59,751 nucleotides of DNA from Flavobacteriales bacterium (GTDB taxonomy: Bacteria; Bacteroidota; Bacteroidia; Flavobacteriales; BACL11), in NCBI GenBank assembly GCA_002696275.1, contig NZRO01000039.1, positions 8,923-68,673 on the forward strand. The letters are read 5' to 3'. The position numbers and the translations under genes were made by a program. The notes under the pieces are model-generated. The model was not told the DNA's origin and did not search any database. It saw only the letters and a list, made by a program, of their open reading frames with translations. Of the stretch, positions 59,286 to 59,751 are shown one piece after another. Each line of letters opens with the position of its first letter. Within the stretch, counting starts at the first letter, position 1.

Positions 59286-59333
59286 AAAAAGAGTTGGAAA
59301 TATTGAATATTTAATTAAATTTGCTGACCTAAC

Positions 59334-59405
59334 GCGAGTGTAGCTCAGGGGTAGAGCATCACCTTGCCAAGGTGAGGGTCGTGGGTCCGAATCCCATCAC
59401 TCGCT
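59334..59405 (+). tRNA. tRNA-Gly (anticodon GCC), atypical T-loop TCCGAAT
   Basis: GCGAGTG/CACTCGC acceptor stem, TCACC-TTGCCAA-GGTGA anticodon arm; TAAATTTG promoter element at 59316-59323. Confidence 0.93.
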
Positions 59406-59425
59406 CTAGTACTTTAAAATATCCT

Positions 59426-59511
59426 GCCCGGATGGTGGAATTGGTAGACACGTTGGACTTAAAATCCAATGGACAGTAATGTCCGTGCGGGTTCAAGTCC
59501 CGCTCCGGGTA
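59426..59511 (+). tRNA. tRNA-Leu (anticodon TAA)
   Basis: GCCCGGA/TCCGGGT acceptor, TTGGA-CTTAAAA-TCCAA anticodon arm, long variable arm, TTCAAGT T-loop. Confidence 0.96.
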
Positions 59512-59514
59512 CTT

Positions 59515-59545
59515 AAAGCAGAAACGAAAGTTTCTGTTTTTTTTT
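59515..59545 (+). terminator. Intrinsic terminator after the tRNA-Gly/tRNA-Leu pair
   Basis: CAGAAAC-GAAA-GTTTCTG stem-loop followed by T9. Confidence 0.88.
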
Positions 59546-59581
59546 ATTTCTTATTTTAGCCAAATTAAATAATTTATTTGA

Positions 59582-59751
59582 ATGAAAAATATAAAAATAA
59601 TAAGCGTGATGTCTGAGTTAGGAGCTGGAACAAGAGGGTCAAGCTTGGCATTTCCCGCTATGTTAACCGCTTCTTTAAAATCAAAAAGTGATTTATTTGA
59701 TAAATATCCGGTCGAAGAAATAGAAAATGAAAATCATTATTTATTTAATCA
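59582..59751 (+). CDS. Arginase family protein, partial (runs off the right edge)
   Basis: Manual translation MKNIKIISVMSELGAGTRGSSLAFPAM...; SELGAGTRG resembles the Bacteroidota arginase N-terminus. Confidence 0.65.
   Translation, partial: MKNIKIISVMSELGAGTRGSSLAFPAMLTASLKSKSDLFDKYPVEEIENENHYLFN

Noticed and set aside
59286-59581. tRNA-Gly/tRNA-Leu pair as a prophage or island attachment site
   Set aside because: Followed directly by a terminator and an arginase-like gene; no att duplication or integrase in the window.

Overview
An AT-rich chromosomal window from a Bacteroidota organism, most likely a marine Flavobacteriales. The evidence is recurrent TAnnTTTG -7 promoter elements, A-rich leaders, T9SS C-terminal sorting domains and Bacteroidota-type tig, mutS and lipoproteins. 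It holds about 55 CDSs and 3 tRNAs (Leu-TAG, Gly-GCC, Leu-TAA). I found no IS element, integrase, prophage or CRISPR array. The right two-thirds is mostly housekeeping: paaG/paaJ, mqnBD, fabD, rfbB, waaA, tig-clpP-clpX, etfBA-nupC-thyA-folA, hppA, sppA, folK and mutS. The left 21 kb is accessory. It contains (i) an uncharacterised two-gene membrane module at the left edge (J-domain-like N-terminus plus a coiled-coil/TM protein I read as GrpE-like), (ii) secreted enzymes with a shortened T9SS-like tail, (iii) a His-rich ABC/DUF3299/MerC metal module with an operator-like palindrome, (iv) an intradiol dioxygenase with both a Tat signal and a T9SS CTD, (v) a ynbAB-like lipid operon with a nucleophile-less hydrolase, and (vi) a DUF4856-imelysin-TonB receptor iron locus sharing two Fur-like boxes with a divergent DoxX/sterol-desaturase pair. 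A near-identical copy of one box lies upstream of a 69-aa orphan gene, and a 37-codon folE remnant precedes fabD. All family assignments come from motif recognition, not database searches.
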